IMG/VR virus record: IMGVR_UViG_3300036770_004125
Span: 1 to 63,732 of that record
Source of the DNA: a virus
Lineage: Duplodnaviria > Caudoviricetes
Length of the DNA: 63,732 bases
Reading direction: 5' to 3' (one strand)
A model generated the notes under the pieces. The model was not told the DNA's origin. It made no database searches and saw only the letters and a list, made by a program, of their open reading frames with translations. Of the stretch, positions 20,615 to 34,400 are shown piece after piece. The first letter of the stretch is position 1. Every line of letters begins with the position of its first letter. A program made the translations under genes and the position numbers.

Positions 20615-22201
20615 TTAAAATTGCAAGACAATTTTGATATTTTCTCTTTGATTTTGTGATCTGGTAATGGAAGGTCTATTATCTACATAGATAATATTTC
20701 CAGAATTTTTTTTAACTTCTGGGTTTGACACCCCATTCACAAAAGACTGTCCAAGTTGATATGTCCTATTATTTATTACCGTAGCAATACCTGCATTTGT
20801 ACTAGATCCAAAATTAGTATCAATTTGCAAGTTAATTGTTCCTCCTTGAATAATCAATGAACCTCCTGAATTTGGACTGGAAGTAAACTTATTTACTTGA
20901 AATCCGTATGTTGGAGATTCATCTTTACTCCCATCATAATTAAATCCATACAGGGATCTATCCTGCCAATACTTTAATACTCCAGTATTTGAATCATAAG
21001 AAATTACTTTCCCCACAGCAGTAACACCGACACCAATAGTTTGTGTTATTAGAGAATCTGGAGTAAATCTTGCATTTTTAAAATCATCTGGGTCAGATAT
21101 TCCAACCAATTTCAATGCATTTAATGCGCTTGCTTTTTCTATGCTTAAGTAAGAAACAGAACCATATTGCTCAGGATTTTGAATTATACCTATTCTTGAA
21201 ATTTCATTTCCAACAATAAAATCTGGATTTTCTGTGTCATTTTCAATCTTAGAATAAACCATAGCATAATATGCACCTAGTTCTCTTTCAATGTCATATC
21301 CATGACCACCTTTAGGGGGTATGATTACATCAAATGAGGGTAATACAGTATTTGATTCTATGTTGATTCCACTATTTTCAATATCAACAGTTCCGTAGGT
21401 ATATCCAGATCCTCCATTTGAAACTGTTATTGATTGAACTTTTGAGTCATTATCAATTAATATAATAGCAGTAGCTCCAGTTCCATCTCCTTTGATTGGA
21501 ACATCTGTATAAATTGTATTTCTTGTGCCTATTTTTTGTCCTCTATCTTTTATTAAAATAGTTTTTAATTGCCCACTAGTCATTGCATTATTTTTTATCA
21601 ATGAAGTTTGTGGATCTAATCCCCAATTTTTAGGAACAGGAATAAAATTGGTGCTATCAAATCTAATAATATCGGATGGATTGACAGTGAACAAATATTT
21701 CCAAATATAACCATCGCCACTATCACCAGCAGCCCTTGGTTCTAGGTCTGTAAAAACTGGTTCATCCAAAGAAGGTCTTCCATTTGGATTTTCTGGACTT
21801 ATACCATTATTTAAACATACATAAACACGATATTCACTATTTAAAACATAAAAATTTGATGAATATAGACTAGTTGCTAGTGAAGGAATTGATCTATTCT
21901 TTCTACTTATATCATGTCTATACATGTCATAAGTAACTCCACTTTCCCAAGTGACTTTTCTAACACATTGTTTTACATCTTCTTCCTTTATCTTTTTTAA
22001 GGATATCATTGTATCCCAATAATCATTTTCATCATCAAAAGAATCTTTTGGTGCAGGAGGACTATCATTCCAATCTGAATCATAATCAGATGAATTTGGA
22101 AGTCCTACAAATACATAATATGATTCACTTTCCGAAGAAAATCTATTGACAAAATTTTTTGCCTTTGATATTCTTAATTGATCGGTAATTATAGCTGGCA
22201 T
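20615..22201 (-). CDS. g8: Baseplate wedge subunit (gp8)
   Basis: YRVYVCLNN, DGYIWKYLFT, SGNIIYVDNRPSITR. Confidence 0.92.
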   Translation of the reverse strand: MPAIITDQLRISKAKNFVNRFSSESESYYVFVGLPNSSDYDSDWNDSPPAPKDSFDDENDYWDTMISLKKIKEEDVKQCVRKVTWESGVTYDMYRHDISRKNRSIPSLATSLYSSNFYVLNSEYRVYVCLNNGISPENPNGRPSLDEPVFTDLEPRAAGDSGDGYIWKYLFTVNPSDIIRFDSTNFIPVPKNWGLDPQTSLIKNNAMTSGQLKTILIKDRGQKIGTRNTIYTDVPIKGDGTGATAIILIDNDSKVQSITVSNGGSGYTYGTVDIENSGINIESNTVLPSFDVIIPPKGGHGYDIERELGAYYAMVYSKIENDTENPDFIVGNEISRIGIIQNPEQYGSVSYLSIEKASALNALKLVGISDPDDFKNARFTPDSLITQTIGVGVTAVGKVISYDSNTGVLKYWQDRSLYGFNYDGSKDESPTYGFQVNKFTSSPNSGGSLIIQGGTINLQIDTNFGSSTNAGIATVINNRTYQLGQSFVNGVSNPEVKKNSGNIIYVDNRPSITRSQNQRENIKIVLQF

Positions 22202-22220
22202 TTTTTATTTTTTTATCTAT

Positions 22221-25200
22221 TTATGCAAAATAATTTGAATATTTTAATGGATTGTATCTTCTAACAATTGTAGAAGATGTTATTCCAACTGGATAAGATT
22301 TAAATTCTTTTGGAGATCTTCTTCTTAAGGATATAATCTTACCCCAACTATAATCTCCAAAGTATTCTCCAAATGATTCGTCTATTCCATCTAAATTACT
22401 AACTTTAGTTAAAATAGTATTTACATAAGTAACACCTATTCCAGGTATATTTTTCAATCCTATACTATAATCATACACTTGGTAAACATTATCAATAAAA
22501 TTCGTACTAACTCCAATAGAGGTATCATCATTTTTTAATGAATCTATATTATTACCTATATTTGAATTAGAAATTGTAAAATAGTAATCGGTTTTAATTC
22601 CACTGATTCCTGTAGTTGCTATTCCAACTCTATTTACTAATTGATCTCTAATATAAGAATCTACAGGAATATAAAAGTCAAAATAAATGCCAAAGATTCC
22701 TCCACCCATTGAAGTTGTTCCAATACCAATTATAGATCCAAAATCACCTTCATATGAAATATCATCAATTAGTTCATATGAAATTGAAGGTTCTTCTATG
22801 ATAGCAGTTGGAGGATTAGTTGGAGTATATCCAGATCCTGGATTAACTATAGTTATCGTTGTTATTTCTCCATTGGAGTTTATACTTGTAGATGCAGTAC
22901 ATGTAGATCCACTTCCTATAGGTATAGGTGATGAAATTGTAATGGATGGACTTTCAGTATAACCAGTTCCAGAATCTATAATTTGTATATTACTTACGGA
23001 GTTTGAAACTACTACAGGAGATGCAATTGCAGGTCTAAGTGTTTCTTGAGAAAGCAGTAAAATTTTATCTTGAAAATTTTCTGATAATTCATATTCATTA
23101 GAACTATCAAAAAATGTTTTAATATTTTCTACAAAAAATTCAGTACTTGAAGAACTTACTGGTTGGATTAAATAGGTTTCTGGGAAAATTAAAGGTTCAT
23201 AAATTATCCTATCTTTTGTAACTTCATTTCCATTAATAAATTTGTCATCAGTTTGGCGACACCAGATCATAGGTCTACTTAAATCTTGATCTGTTGATAT
23301 GCCTTCACCTCCATATATGTTTGTTCTGATAGTATCTGAAGTTATCACTTCTTCTACTGTTCTAAAGTCTTGATTCAGTTCATCTAATCTATCATAAATT
23401 CTGACATTATCACCTTCCTTTATGGTCTCTAAAATATCAAAATCTCTAGTGTCAACATCTTTAGTTCCTCTATAGAACAAGATCCTACATTTATCTTCTT
23501 TCTTAGGAGGTTCAGTAAAACTAATAAGACTTCCTCCTCTTATATCATAAGATTTTTTAGGAGTTTGTAGAATATTATTAATTGTAATAATTAAATTTGC
23601 TGAAAGGTCAATATCATAACCAATTCTAGGTCTAATTGAAACTCTATTTCCATTTATTGATATCGGAAATATCTTTCTTTCTCCATCAAAAAAAGTATCA
23701 ATATTATCTATTACTTGCAACTCTCCCAATGACCATCCATTAAATTCATCATTCCTAACATCAGTTACAAATATTTTAAATTCTTCAAATTGTAAATCAG
23801 TGTTAGTGGGAACTCCAACCTGGCCACCAATATCAAAAGTCAATATATCACCAGATTTATATCCAAATCCCAAATTTCTAATATCAAAACTTATTACACT
23901 TGATCCTTGTCCAACAACTACATCTATTGTTGCTTCTGTTCCAACTCCAGGTTGAGAAGAAGAACTATATCTTAATGGTAAATTCCAATATGATAGAGGT
24001 GAATCAAAAATCACTTGTGGAGGACTTGACATTGTATACCCAGACCCAGGATTTGTTATATTAACACTTATAATAGTTCCATTTTGTATTGAACCTATAC
24101 CAATATACTCAATTTGACTGCTTTCAGTTCTTACCCCAACCCTCACAGAAGTTTGAATTCCAGATCTATAACCAGATCCATTATTTCCAATAACAATTGA
24201 TTGTATAGTTCCTGCAACTGAAACTATTGCTGTTCCACCAGCAGATACTAAAGGTTGATACCCAAATCCTTCAGTTGAACCTACTGAGAATATTATCCCA
24301 CCCCTAGGTAATTGTGAGGTATTTACATCATATGATACAGAAGCGGCTGCGCCCACGAAAGTAACTGAACTAATTCCAGCACTTTCTTCAATGAAGAAAT
24401 CATTTTCTAATGGTACTCCTGACAATCTAGATGGAGTTTGTATTATATCATTAATTAAAATAATTGAATTATCTGTAGAAAAATCGGAAATATTTTCTCC
24501 GTTTGAAGTTAAAGTGAAAGATCTCTTATATCCATCAAAGGATTCATTTAAAGAGTCAAATAAGTAATTAGTTTTATATGCTTCCTCATTTCCTAAAGGA
24601 ATTCCAGATCTTAAAAATACTCTTCCACTAAATTTTGATCTTACATCAAGATTAGTATATTCTAAATCTGATCCAGAAATATTTTCATTCAATCTATCAA
24701 GTTCATTTCCATATGGAGCAGATATGAAATATAAAATATTTTCAATAATATTATAATTACCTTGAAATTTTGTAATGGTTGATCCTATGGAGTGAGCAGT
24801 TGCAGGAGTTCCTAATACCGCTCTTTCTACTTTTATCTTACTTTCAGAAATACCACCAGTAGTTGTTACTCCAACCGAATATATTTTCATATATTCGTTA
24901 TCAATTTTAATTAAATCACCTCCCTTAAAATTAGAAATATTATCTAATTCAAAAATAGGACTAAATCTTGTAATTGTTTCATTTAAAGAAGCTGTTATTC
25001 CAGTAGAAACTACTGGAGATTGAATTACATTGTCTAATGTTATTAAACATTTTTTATTCTGATTTTTAGATATAAACTTGTGCTGACCCACTCCTAAAGA
25101 ATTTATAATTAGTGGTTTAGGTGGGTCTGAGAGTGCATTTTCTGCAGTAGATGCAACTCTAATATCAATATTAGATATTTTAATCACATATAGTTTTTTG

Positions 25201-25484
25201 GGAAGAATAGTTGTTGATACTCCAGAAATAATAGTAGAAGCAATTCCTATAGGAACATCTTCATTTTCCTCATCATAAAAATATTCTATTTCTTCTCCAT
25301 TTGAATAAAAATTATCAATAATTCTTATAGTATTTGAAGGTATTCTTACCACAGAAGAGGAGTCAGATTGTATTGGGCGTTCAAATATCAATAAATTATT
25401 ATAAGTTAATAAAAATGAGTTAACTTCTCCAAGTGTAGGATCTCTATATTCACCGGAAGAAGAAGAAAAAGAAAGATTACTCAT
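22221..25484 (-). CDS. Baseplate wedge initiator gp7-like, C-terminal part
   Basis: 1087 aa with GSGY repeats and a C-terminal YSWGKI...R.NPLK; ATGA overlap with the upstream ORF. Confidence 0.75.
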   Translation of the reverse strand: MSNLSFSSSSGEYRDPTLGEVNSFLLTYNNLLIFERPIQSDSSSVVRIPSNTIRIIDNFYSNGEEIEYFYDEENEDVPIGIASTIISGVSTTILPKKLYVIKISNIDIRVASTAENALSDPPKPLIINSLGVGQHKFISKNQNKKCLITLDNVIQSPVVSTGITASLNETITRFSPIFELDNISNFKGGDLIKIDNEYMKIYSVGVTTTGGISESKIKVERAVLGTPATAHSIGSTITKFQGNYNIIENILYFISAPYGNELDRLNENISGSDLEYTNLDVRSKFSGRVFLRSGIPLGNEEAYKTNYLFDSLNESFDGYKRSFTLTSNGENISDFSTDNSIILINDIIQTPSRLSGVPLENDFFIEESAGISSVTFVGAAASVSYDVNTSQLPRGGIIFSVGSTEGFGYQPLVSAGGTAIVSVAGTIQSIVIGNNGSGYRSGIQTSVRVGVRTESSQIEYIGIGSIQNGTIISVNITNPGSGYTMSSPPQVIFDSPLSYWNLPLRYSSSSQPGVGTEATIDVVVGQGSSVISFDIRNLGFGYKSGDILTFDIGGQVGVPTNTDLQFEEFKIFVTDVRNDEFNGWSLGELQVIDNIDTFFDGERKIFPISINGNRVSIRPRIGYDIDLSANLIITINNILQTPKKSYDIRGGSLISFTEPPKKEDKCRILFYRGTKDVDTRDFDILETIKEGDNVRIYDRLDELNQDFRTVEEVITSDTIRTNIYGGEGISTDQDLSRPMIWCRQTDDKFINGNEVTKDRIIYEPLIFPETYLIQPVSSSSTEFFVENIKTFFDSSNEYELSENFQDKILLLSQETLRPAIASPVVVSNSVSNIQIIDSGTGYTESPSITISSPIPIGSGSTCTASTSINSNGEITTITIVNPGSGYTPTNPPTAIIEEPSISYELIDDISYEGDFGSIIGIGTTSMGGGIFGIYFDFYIPVDSYIRDQLVNRVGIATTGISGIKTDYYFTISNSNIGNNIDSLKNDDTSIGVSTNFIDNVYQVYDYSIGLKNIPGIGVTYVNTILTKVSNLDGIDESFGEYFGDYSWGKIISLRRRSPKEFKSYPVGITSSTIVRRYNPLKYSNYFA

Positions 25485-28400
25485 ACAGTTGTGACTCCAT
25501 CTTGACTGTTAATTCCTATAATTGAACTTAATATTTTAATTTCATAACTAATATCTTCATATGGAGTAAAGTAAAGTTCAAAATTTCCATTGGTATTGTT
25601 AATTTCAGAAGTAAATTCACCTATAGAACCATCAAAATTCAATACACCATATTCAACGACTAAAGATTCTTGTATTGAATTATTTAATAGAGTAGTCATT
25701 TCAATAAATTCAAATTTATTATTTGTTTTATCTTCAATTAAAATAATATTATAAGTTGCCGAATATCTAGTAGAATGATTAAAGACTAGTTTTTCTTCTG
25801 GAGTTCCTCCAGTCATTGAAGTTGAAATAAAATTGGAAGTTAAATCATTTCCTAAAATATCCAAACTTCCTTCAGTAGTATTAGTAGAGTCAATAGAAGT
25901 AATAATAGCATTCACGAATAGTGAATTTCCAACTCCAACACTTGGATGTAATTTTAATACTAGTTCATTACTCTCAATAGATGAACTAAATGTAACTATT
26001 CCAGATGTATGACTTGAACTAAAATTTGTATTATTTAAATCGCCATAATCATTAATCAAAACATCTGTATTATTGTGAAGTAAACTTATCTCATCAAATT
26101 GATAATAAGAATCTTCTTTATCTGAAATAGTAATTAGTATTTTATATGATCTTTGAGATGTAGATATTCCAGGAAGAGAAATAGGATCAGTCTCATTTTC
26201 TGCAATGATTGTATTTACATACTGAATTTTAGCAATGTCACCAATTTCTAGTGTGGTATTACCAACACCAACCAAGGTATCGCCAATTCCGAATGAAAAT
26301 GTGTTATATTTGTAAATCTTTCTTTCTGTAATTGAAGGGTAATAAAGCAATTGCCCAAATCTATCAATTTCGGTTTGGAAGTCAAAATAACCCAATGAAT
26401 CTTCACTAGAAATTATAGCATATTGATTTAAAAATCCATTTACATCATCATGCAACAAAGAAACAAGTAAACATTCTGATCTAGTTGGATCTAAAATATC
26501 ATAGACATATACAAAATATTTTTTGTAACGAATATCTGCTAATTCAAAATTATCAATAACTTGGAAATTTCTTGGTTCTGTTGTAGTAAATTTATCAGAG
26601 ATATCATCTATTACTAAAACTCTATTTCCTATAGATTCAATATAATCCTGAAGTATTCTAGAATCAAAATAAATTTCATTAGATTTTATTTTATTATTTG
26701 TTATGAAATAATTTTCAGATACGAGGTCAAAGTCATGGACACAATTAAAATTAATAAATTCTGATGATACACTTTCCGAATAATAATTTCCGAGATCTTG
26801 TGATGTAGATATTCCTGTATTAAAATTCTCATCTTGTACTAAAAGATCACTAAATCTTTTGAAACCAGAAGTATGAGTTATGTTACCAACAACATCATTC
26901 CACTTATTGATGTCAATCGGAGATTCTACGGAATATGAAAAATACTGATAATAATCACTATCATATATTCTTTGATTATTGTTATTTAAAAATCCGGTTT
27001 CTAATTTCCATCCCTGTTTTACAGTTGCATTTGATTTGATATCCAGATAAGTGTCAAATGATATTATATTCTCAATAATTGCCTTTACATTAGATGATTG
27101 TCCAACTAAAATATCACCAACAGTAAAATCTTTATTTGAAATAACTTTTAAGTAGTTATTTTCATTATCCCACCCCTTTACTATACCAGAATTATTAGAT
27201 GAGACTACCGTTTCATCTTTACTAAATTCAATAACTTTTAAGTTTGAATTAAATTCTGGAAGATAATTTTTAGGTATTACAGTTCCTTTAGAAAATCTAG
27301 TATCATAATCTCCGGGGATTTCTTCAGATCCTAAAAGATTTTCTAGACTATATGTGAAATTAGCACCACTTCCTCCAAAATTTGGAGTTAAAGTTTTAAT
27401 TTTAAATAACCTATATCCATAGTTTTCAGAGTTGTATCCTTTATCATTCTCAGATTCTACACTAACATTTTCAATTAATACTTCTTCTCCAATAGAAAAT
27501 GGGAAAGTAGATGGATCATTATATTGACCTTCAAGTATAACTGTAACATCTTTAGAGATATTATCATAAAAAATATCATTGATTAAAAATCCATTATCAT
27601 TATTGATAGGAATTATTGATGGTTCTAATTCACTAATACCCTTTGTATTTTGTATTATGGAAACCTTATTAGAATCAATGTCATATTTCAACTGCACATC
27701 ATCAACAACCTCATTTGTTATTCCATCCAATACAATTAAATCAGGATTAGATATGTAATTTTTTCCTCTGCTTGTAACTTCAATATAGTCAAAAGTATTA
27801 AAAGGTAAAATCTTAAGTATTGATGGGAATATGCACTTTGGTCTGACAGTAGTATCAAGAGAATAATTAAATCCAATATCTTTAATCTTCACATTATTGG
27901 AACTTACATTTCCAATAGTACTAGTAAAGATTTCTAAAATAGCACCACTACCATTTTCACTAATAATTTCTTTTACTTTTGGTACTTTTTTGTATAATTT
28001 TTTAGAATTATTTACGGAAACTTTTGATATTCCTCCAGATGTATTTGGAGAATCAGTTTCATAACTAATAATAGAATTATCACTGTCATAAACTAAAGAT
28101 TCTACCGGATTGGTTGTATTAAACAAGAATGTATTTGTAGTATAATCTATAATTTGCTGTTTACCTTGAATTTCACTATTAATTAATAAAATTTTATTAT
28201 GCTCTATTTGCTCTTTATCAATATAAATTTCCTTTTTATTTGGAGGGGTATTCAGCAAATCAATTGGAATCAATGAATAGTATAGATCATTTGGTAAATT
28301 TTTGGTTTTTAAAGTAATTGTTGAAGTACTTCCTATTCCAATAGATCCCGATTTTATCAGATCAAAAGTTCCAAATTCATTTTTAAAATTCTTATCATAG

Positions 28401-31400
28401 AATAATTTTAGATCAAATGCAGACTTACTTAATTGTCCAGATCCATATGATAAAGAAGAATCTGAAACATCAAATATAATATCTTGATATTTTATAATTT
28501 CTATTCTTGGATTTATAAGGGATAATTTTCCTTGACCAAGTGAAGTCAAATCTATTAAATTTGGCAACTCTTTTCTAGATTCAAATAAATTATCACACAA
28601 ACCTATAGTATTAGTGTCTATTATGACAGCATAATACATTTTATTATTCACTAATCCTCCAATAGGAGAATCTTCAGTATAAATTAATTTTTCTCCAGTC
28701 TTAAATTTATGGTTTGAAATTTGAAGAGTATTATTTTCTAGGTTTATATCTTCAACTATTCTAGGATTTACTACAAATCTTCTATTTTCTTCATTATAAA
28801 TTAATTTTATCGTAGTTGAAATTCCAGATTCTACATTAATGTCTACTATTTCTTCTAAAGTTAGTTCATGTGGTTCTGATGTAGAAACAATACTAATGTT
28901 TTGAGATAAGACACCACTCAAAATATTTGGATAATCAGTTTTAAAACTATGATAAGTATTGGTTCCAATTCCAGAAAAATAAACAATACTATTAGTTGTT
29001 GTTCCTATTCCACTAACTTCTCCATCTTCATTAATTGAAACTGGTTGTGTTGAAATTCCTATTAAGTCATCACTTAATCTTACTGCATATACGACACTAT
29101 TTGATTCTAATTCAAAACTATTTACTGAGTCTATAGAAATTGATATTGGAGATCCTTCATAGGAATTGTAAATAAGTTTATCGTTTGTGTTTATTCTATT
29201 TTTAGGTAAGTATATGGATTTTGTTGGAATATTTAAAACATTCCACTTATTCAAATTAGCAGTAATAACTGTTCCTGGAAAAGATGATGAATCAAAATCA
29301 ATTTTTATTAAAGTACTTCCTATTGAAACAATTTCTTTTCTTGTTGTGTTGTACTCTACATTTGAAGCATTTACTATATCAACATACCCACCAGAAGAAT
29401 ACTTACTTATGTCTGATTGATTTTTAAAGTAAATTGTTGTTTCTACACCTTTCTCTATTGTAATAGGAGTATTAAATGCATTTACTGAGAAAAATAAAGT
29501 TGATGATATCCCTACTCCAGAGGTTAATCCCAATCCAACAGAAATTTTAGGATCAAAATAATACTCATCATTTGCTCTATAATTATGAAAATTAGATGTT
29601 ATTCCAGTATTGAATATAACCTTTCTTGACAAAGAGGTTAATTCATCTCCAGCACTATGAGATGTGCTAATACTTGAGTTTACTGATCTTAAAACTCTTA
29701 ATTGATAATTGACACGATCAACATTTAAAATCTTAACTACTTCAGATCCAATTGAGTATAAATCATTTTCTTTTATTATAAAATCTAGATCTCCATAAAT
29801 TCTAAAACTTGTTACAAACCCAGTAACATTAACATCATTTACATCTTCTGCCAAAGATAGAGTATTTTGTATGACCTGAATTCTGTCTACTTTTTTATAC
29901 TCATACTTTGAAGTTAATGTAACTAAAGAATTATTATACAAATTATGAGGAACTGAGGAAATTCCTATAAATTCTCCTGTAATCTCATATGGATAAAATT
30001 CAAAAATATCAGTGGTAGTTGTGTATGATGTTATTGAAGATATATTTTTTCCTTTGATTTTAGTTACTCTTCCATTAATAAACCCATCGTCAAATATAAT
30101 GGGATCACGAACTTTATAGTCATCTCCAGGATTAACAATATTAATGAAATCAATAGTTCCTGAAGTTGTAAACTCAACTTCAAGATCTTGTTTTTTATCT
30201 TCAAATGGTTTGGGAATATATTCATAACCACTTCTATCATTTAAGAGATTGTAAGGAGTAGTATTTCTTAGTAACTTTTTATCTCCAAAAATAGTCTCAT
30301 CAAGAATTGTTTGTTGATTGAAATTAAATTGTATTTGTTCACTTCTATAAAAATTTCCTATAACATAAGGAAAAACCGGAGTTTTATAGTTTAAAAATGG
30401 ACCCTCGCCAGTTCTTTCTGTGAAAGTGGAAAAATATGCATAAGTCCCATCAGGGAACTCTGGTGTTTTACAGTATCTTCCATTAGATTCATCCAAATCA
30501 CCACTATTTGTAAATTCATAGTCTTCAATAAAAAATCCTAATGGATATATTTCAGCACTTGGTCCAAATAACCTAGTACTCTTTTTAGTATATCCACTCT
30601 TCATCAATTTAATAGGACCAGAATTTCCCGATGCAAATCCATAAGGACCATATATGGGATTTCCATCATATGCCCATCCAATTATTGGAGAGTGTATAAT
30701 TGAGTTTATTTCTTTATTTGAAGTGTCTAGTTGTAAATCAGCAATATAATTTTGGTTAGTATTTTCTGAGGTTTTTAAATATACTGATGATCTTAAAGAT
30801 CTAGATGGATATAAATGAACATATTGAAGGCCATTTAATCCATTAATTATTATTCCATCATCCGAATATATTTTTTCTTTTTTGATATACTTTTCTACTA
30901 AATTAATTCTCCATGATTTAATAATAGATTTAAATTTTGCATTATTCCCAGGAACAAGTACACTTAAAAAAGTACCTTTTTGAGTATATCCAAATCCTCC
31001 AGAAATAACCTTAACCTCTACAATAGATCCATTTGAAACAACGGGAACTAAAACAGCACCAAATCCATCTCCATTAATAATTATGTCAGGAACTCCTTTA
31101 TAATTTAATCCAGGTGATTGAATAATAACCTTTTTTATTGCTCCATTATCAATTATGGGGGTCAATTGTGCCCCACTGCCCTCAAGTAAAGAAATACTTG
31201 GTTGCCTATCAAAATTTATAATATCAGGAGATCCATAACCTACTCCACCATTTTCTACAAATACAGACTGTATTTTTCCTCTAAAAACAGGAACCACTTT
31301 TCCATAATACTCCTGTGCCAATGTGGAGGAAGTTCCAACTTTACCATTAAGAATTACAGTTATTGGAGGATAATTAAAATAATGATTAAAAGATTCTGGA

Positions 31401-34400
31401 TTAATAGTAAAATTAATATATTTTTTATTATTAAAATATAGTTGTGGATTATTATCTGGTCCAGTTTCTGATAATTTTACTTCATTATTTGAAATTTTTG
31501 TAACATAATATGATTGCGAAGAAGTCAATCCAACAATCGGGGAATTTTGCGGATAATATACAATTATTTCACCATCAGAGTATCCATGATTAACTATAGT
31601 TAAAGTGTCAGATGCCGTGCTTATCCCTGAAATTTTAGTTTTTTTATTTTGATAACCTATTCCTGAAGATATTATCTCAACAGAACTTATTTTTTTATTG
31701 GAAGAAGTTGATCTAAAAGAATGAACACCAAAACCTTCTTCATAAAATATGACGGTGTTTATTCCTGAAATGGCATCTTGTAAACTATTATGCAATTTAA
31801 CTTTAAAAGAATCTACTATGGAAACATAGTATTCTGAATTTGTGTTTATTCCAAGAACACTTTTTTGATTATTTGTGGTATAAATTACCCTTTCATAATT
31901 TTTAAACCTATGATGTTCAGAAAAATCAATAATATTATTCGTAATATCAACAGTTTGTGAATTAAACTCCGGAGAATTGATTGAGTCAATTAGTCTAACT
32001 TTCGCCTGAGCACCAAAACCATTACCACCACTTATGGTTATCTTTGGTTCTTCAATATAATCAAATCCAGGATCAATAACATCTATTCGTTTTAATTCTC
32101 CTATTACCGAACAATATGCATTACATCCAGTACCAATCAAATCAGTTACTGATAATTGAGGTGGGTTAATTACATCATAATCATTACCTTGTGATGTAAC
32201 AACTATTTCTTCTATTGGACCATAAAAAATCTTATCTGTAGACTTATAATTTAATAATTCAACACCATTTACAAAAATCCCAGTAGTACCGTTATCAGTT
32301 TCTTTTCTATCCGAAACTAGTTCTGTTTTTGTTATTTTTTTGAATAGATTTTGTGACTTCAACTTAAATGAATTCAAGTTGACATCAGCAAATCTTAAAA
32401 GTTCTAATCTAGATTGGTTTAAATTTCCAGTAATGGTGATATAATTTTCTTTAAAAATATTTTCTTTACTTCTTGATAATTTGATTGTATTAGTATCTTC
32501 AACTTTTACATAATAAACTGATGTTGTTAGTCCAACTCCGTCTATCTTAATATTACTCTCAGGAGAAGGTCTAAAAATTATAGCATCTCCAGTATAATAA
32601 CTATGATTTAAAACATTACTATTTCCAGTCGTAATAGAATCAATTACTATTATTTCATTAGATTCTGGTAAAGTTACATCAACAAATCGGTAAGAAAAAT
32701 CATCTATATTAATCGGAGTATTTAAATAACTTGGTAAAGAAGAGGAACTGACATATAAAGAATTGTCAAAATCAATATATGTATTTTGTACATTTGTATT
32801 ATAAGTTTTATAGGTTTCTATTGTATCTGGATCAGAATTAAATACTGTATTTTGATTAACATTGAGTTTTGATATTCTTTTTCTTATTTTAGATGCTAAA
32901 CTTAAAGAGGGAAATTCCTGTTCATTTTCAGGATTTATTTTTGTTACTTTAGAAATAATTTGCTTTGAATTATTAATTTCAGAAACTATTCCATAATATT
33001 TTGTATTAGTAGAGAAAAATATTTCTAATTCATCTCCTTTAACAAAATTATGATTATCAAATAAAGTTATTTTTAAATCAAGAATATTTGTATTTTGTGT
33101 GGGACTTAAATCCTCAATACTTTTAATATCATAATTTGTTGAAATATTAAAGAACCAGTTATTTTCTCTTACTCCCTTACAGTCTTCTCCAAGAGTTTTA
33201 ATGCTTATCACATCACCTTGCTCATAATAAGCATTCGTATTAAAAGAATCAATTCCCGATATAACACCAGTTATTCTTACTCTAACTTCTTCATTATTTG
33301 AATTAAAACCATATGCATAATTATTAATTTTTACTTCTGTACCTTCAGGTATTTCAATGGAAGGTATACCGCTACATCCTAAAAATTGATTTATAACTTT
33401 TGAAGTGTAAGTGATAATATACCTTGTTTCAAAATCACCTTCTAAATTTAAATCAACAACTAATTCTCCGGAGTCTGGAAATCCTATTGTAGAATCTACA
33501 TCCAAATAAGTTAAATTTGGAAAAACTCTACTAGTTAAAATTGTTTTAGGGTGAATTTTAAAATCACTTTTAATTGATCCAAAAACATCAATATCTTTAT
33601 CATAACCAGAATCTAAACTTATAGTGTAATAAATTTTTCCGTTTCTAGAAATTCTTTTCACATCTGATATGGTTCCTCTAGAATCGGAAAATATTCCACT
33701 AGAATCTTTATCTTGATAAAGAGTACCATTAATTAATTCTAAAGGGTCTCCAGAAACAGACTCTACGACTAGATCTTGTGTTACTCTAAATTGAGCATCG
33801 GATGGTTGTATAAGGTAATCTCTTGGTAAGATTATTTTTGGAATAACTCCATATAATGCTCCAAATAAAATTTTAAAAGAACCTTCAGTTCCCTTTGAAG
33901 TATAAAGATTGTTTGATTGTTTTATAAAAAGTCTTTCATTTAAAGATTCATAGAAATCTTTATTTTCTAATCCAGGAACAATTTGCTTTTTAATTTTAAT
34001 AAAAAACTCTTTTAAAAATAAAATGCTGAGATTGAATACTTTAGTTTTTTCTTCAGAAACAATAGATAAATGTTCGGAAGATTCACTTTCAGTAAAAATT
34101 AATTGATCTTCCCTTATGTTATCTTTAAGTGATGTTATTCCACTAAATCCTCTAATACACCCCAAAAATGAGGAAGAAGTTTTATTTGTATAGGTAATAA
34201 TCTCATCATCAATTAAAAGTAATCCATAAGAATCTGGAAATCCTTCAGTTGAATCTACTAAAATTTCAGTATCAAATAAAGTAAGATCGGCATTTAAATT
34301 AGTAAATTCGGTTAAATTTGTTAAATTATCAATTTTTATATAATTATCAATATTTTGAATTATATCTGAAGCACTACCTTGAGATTCTAAGGACAAATAA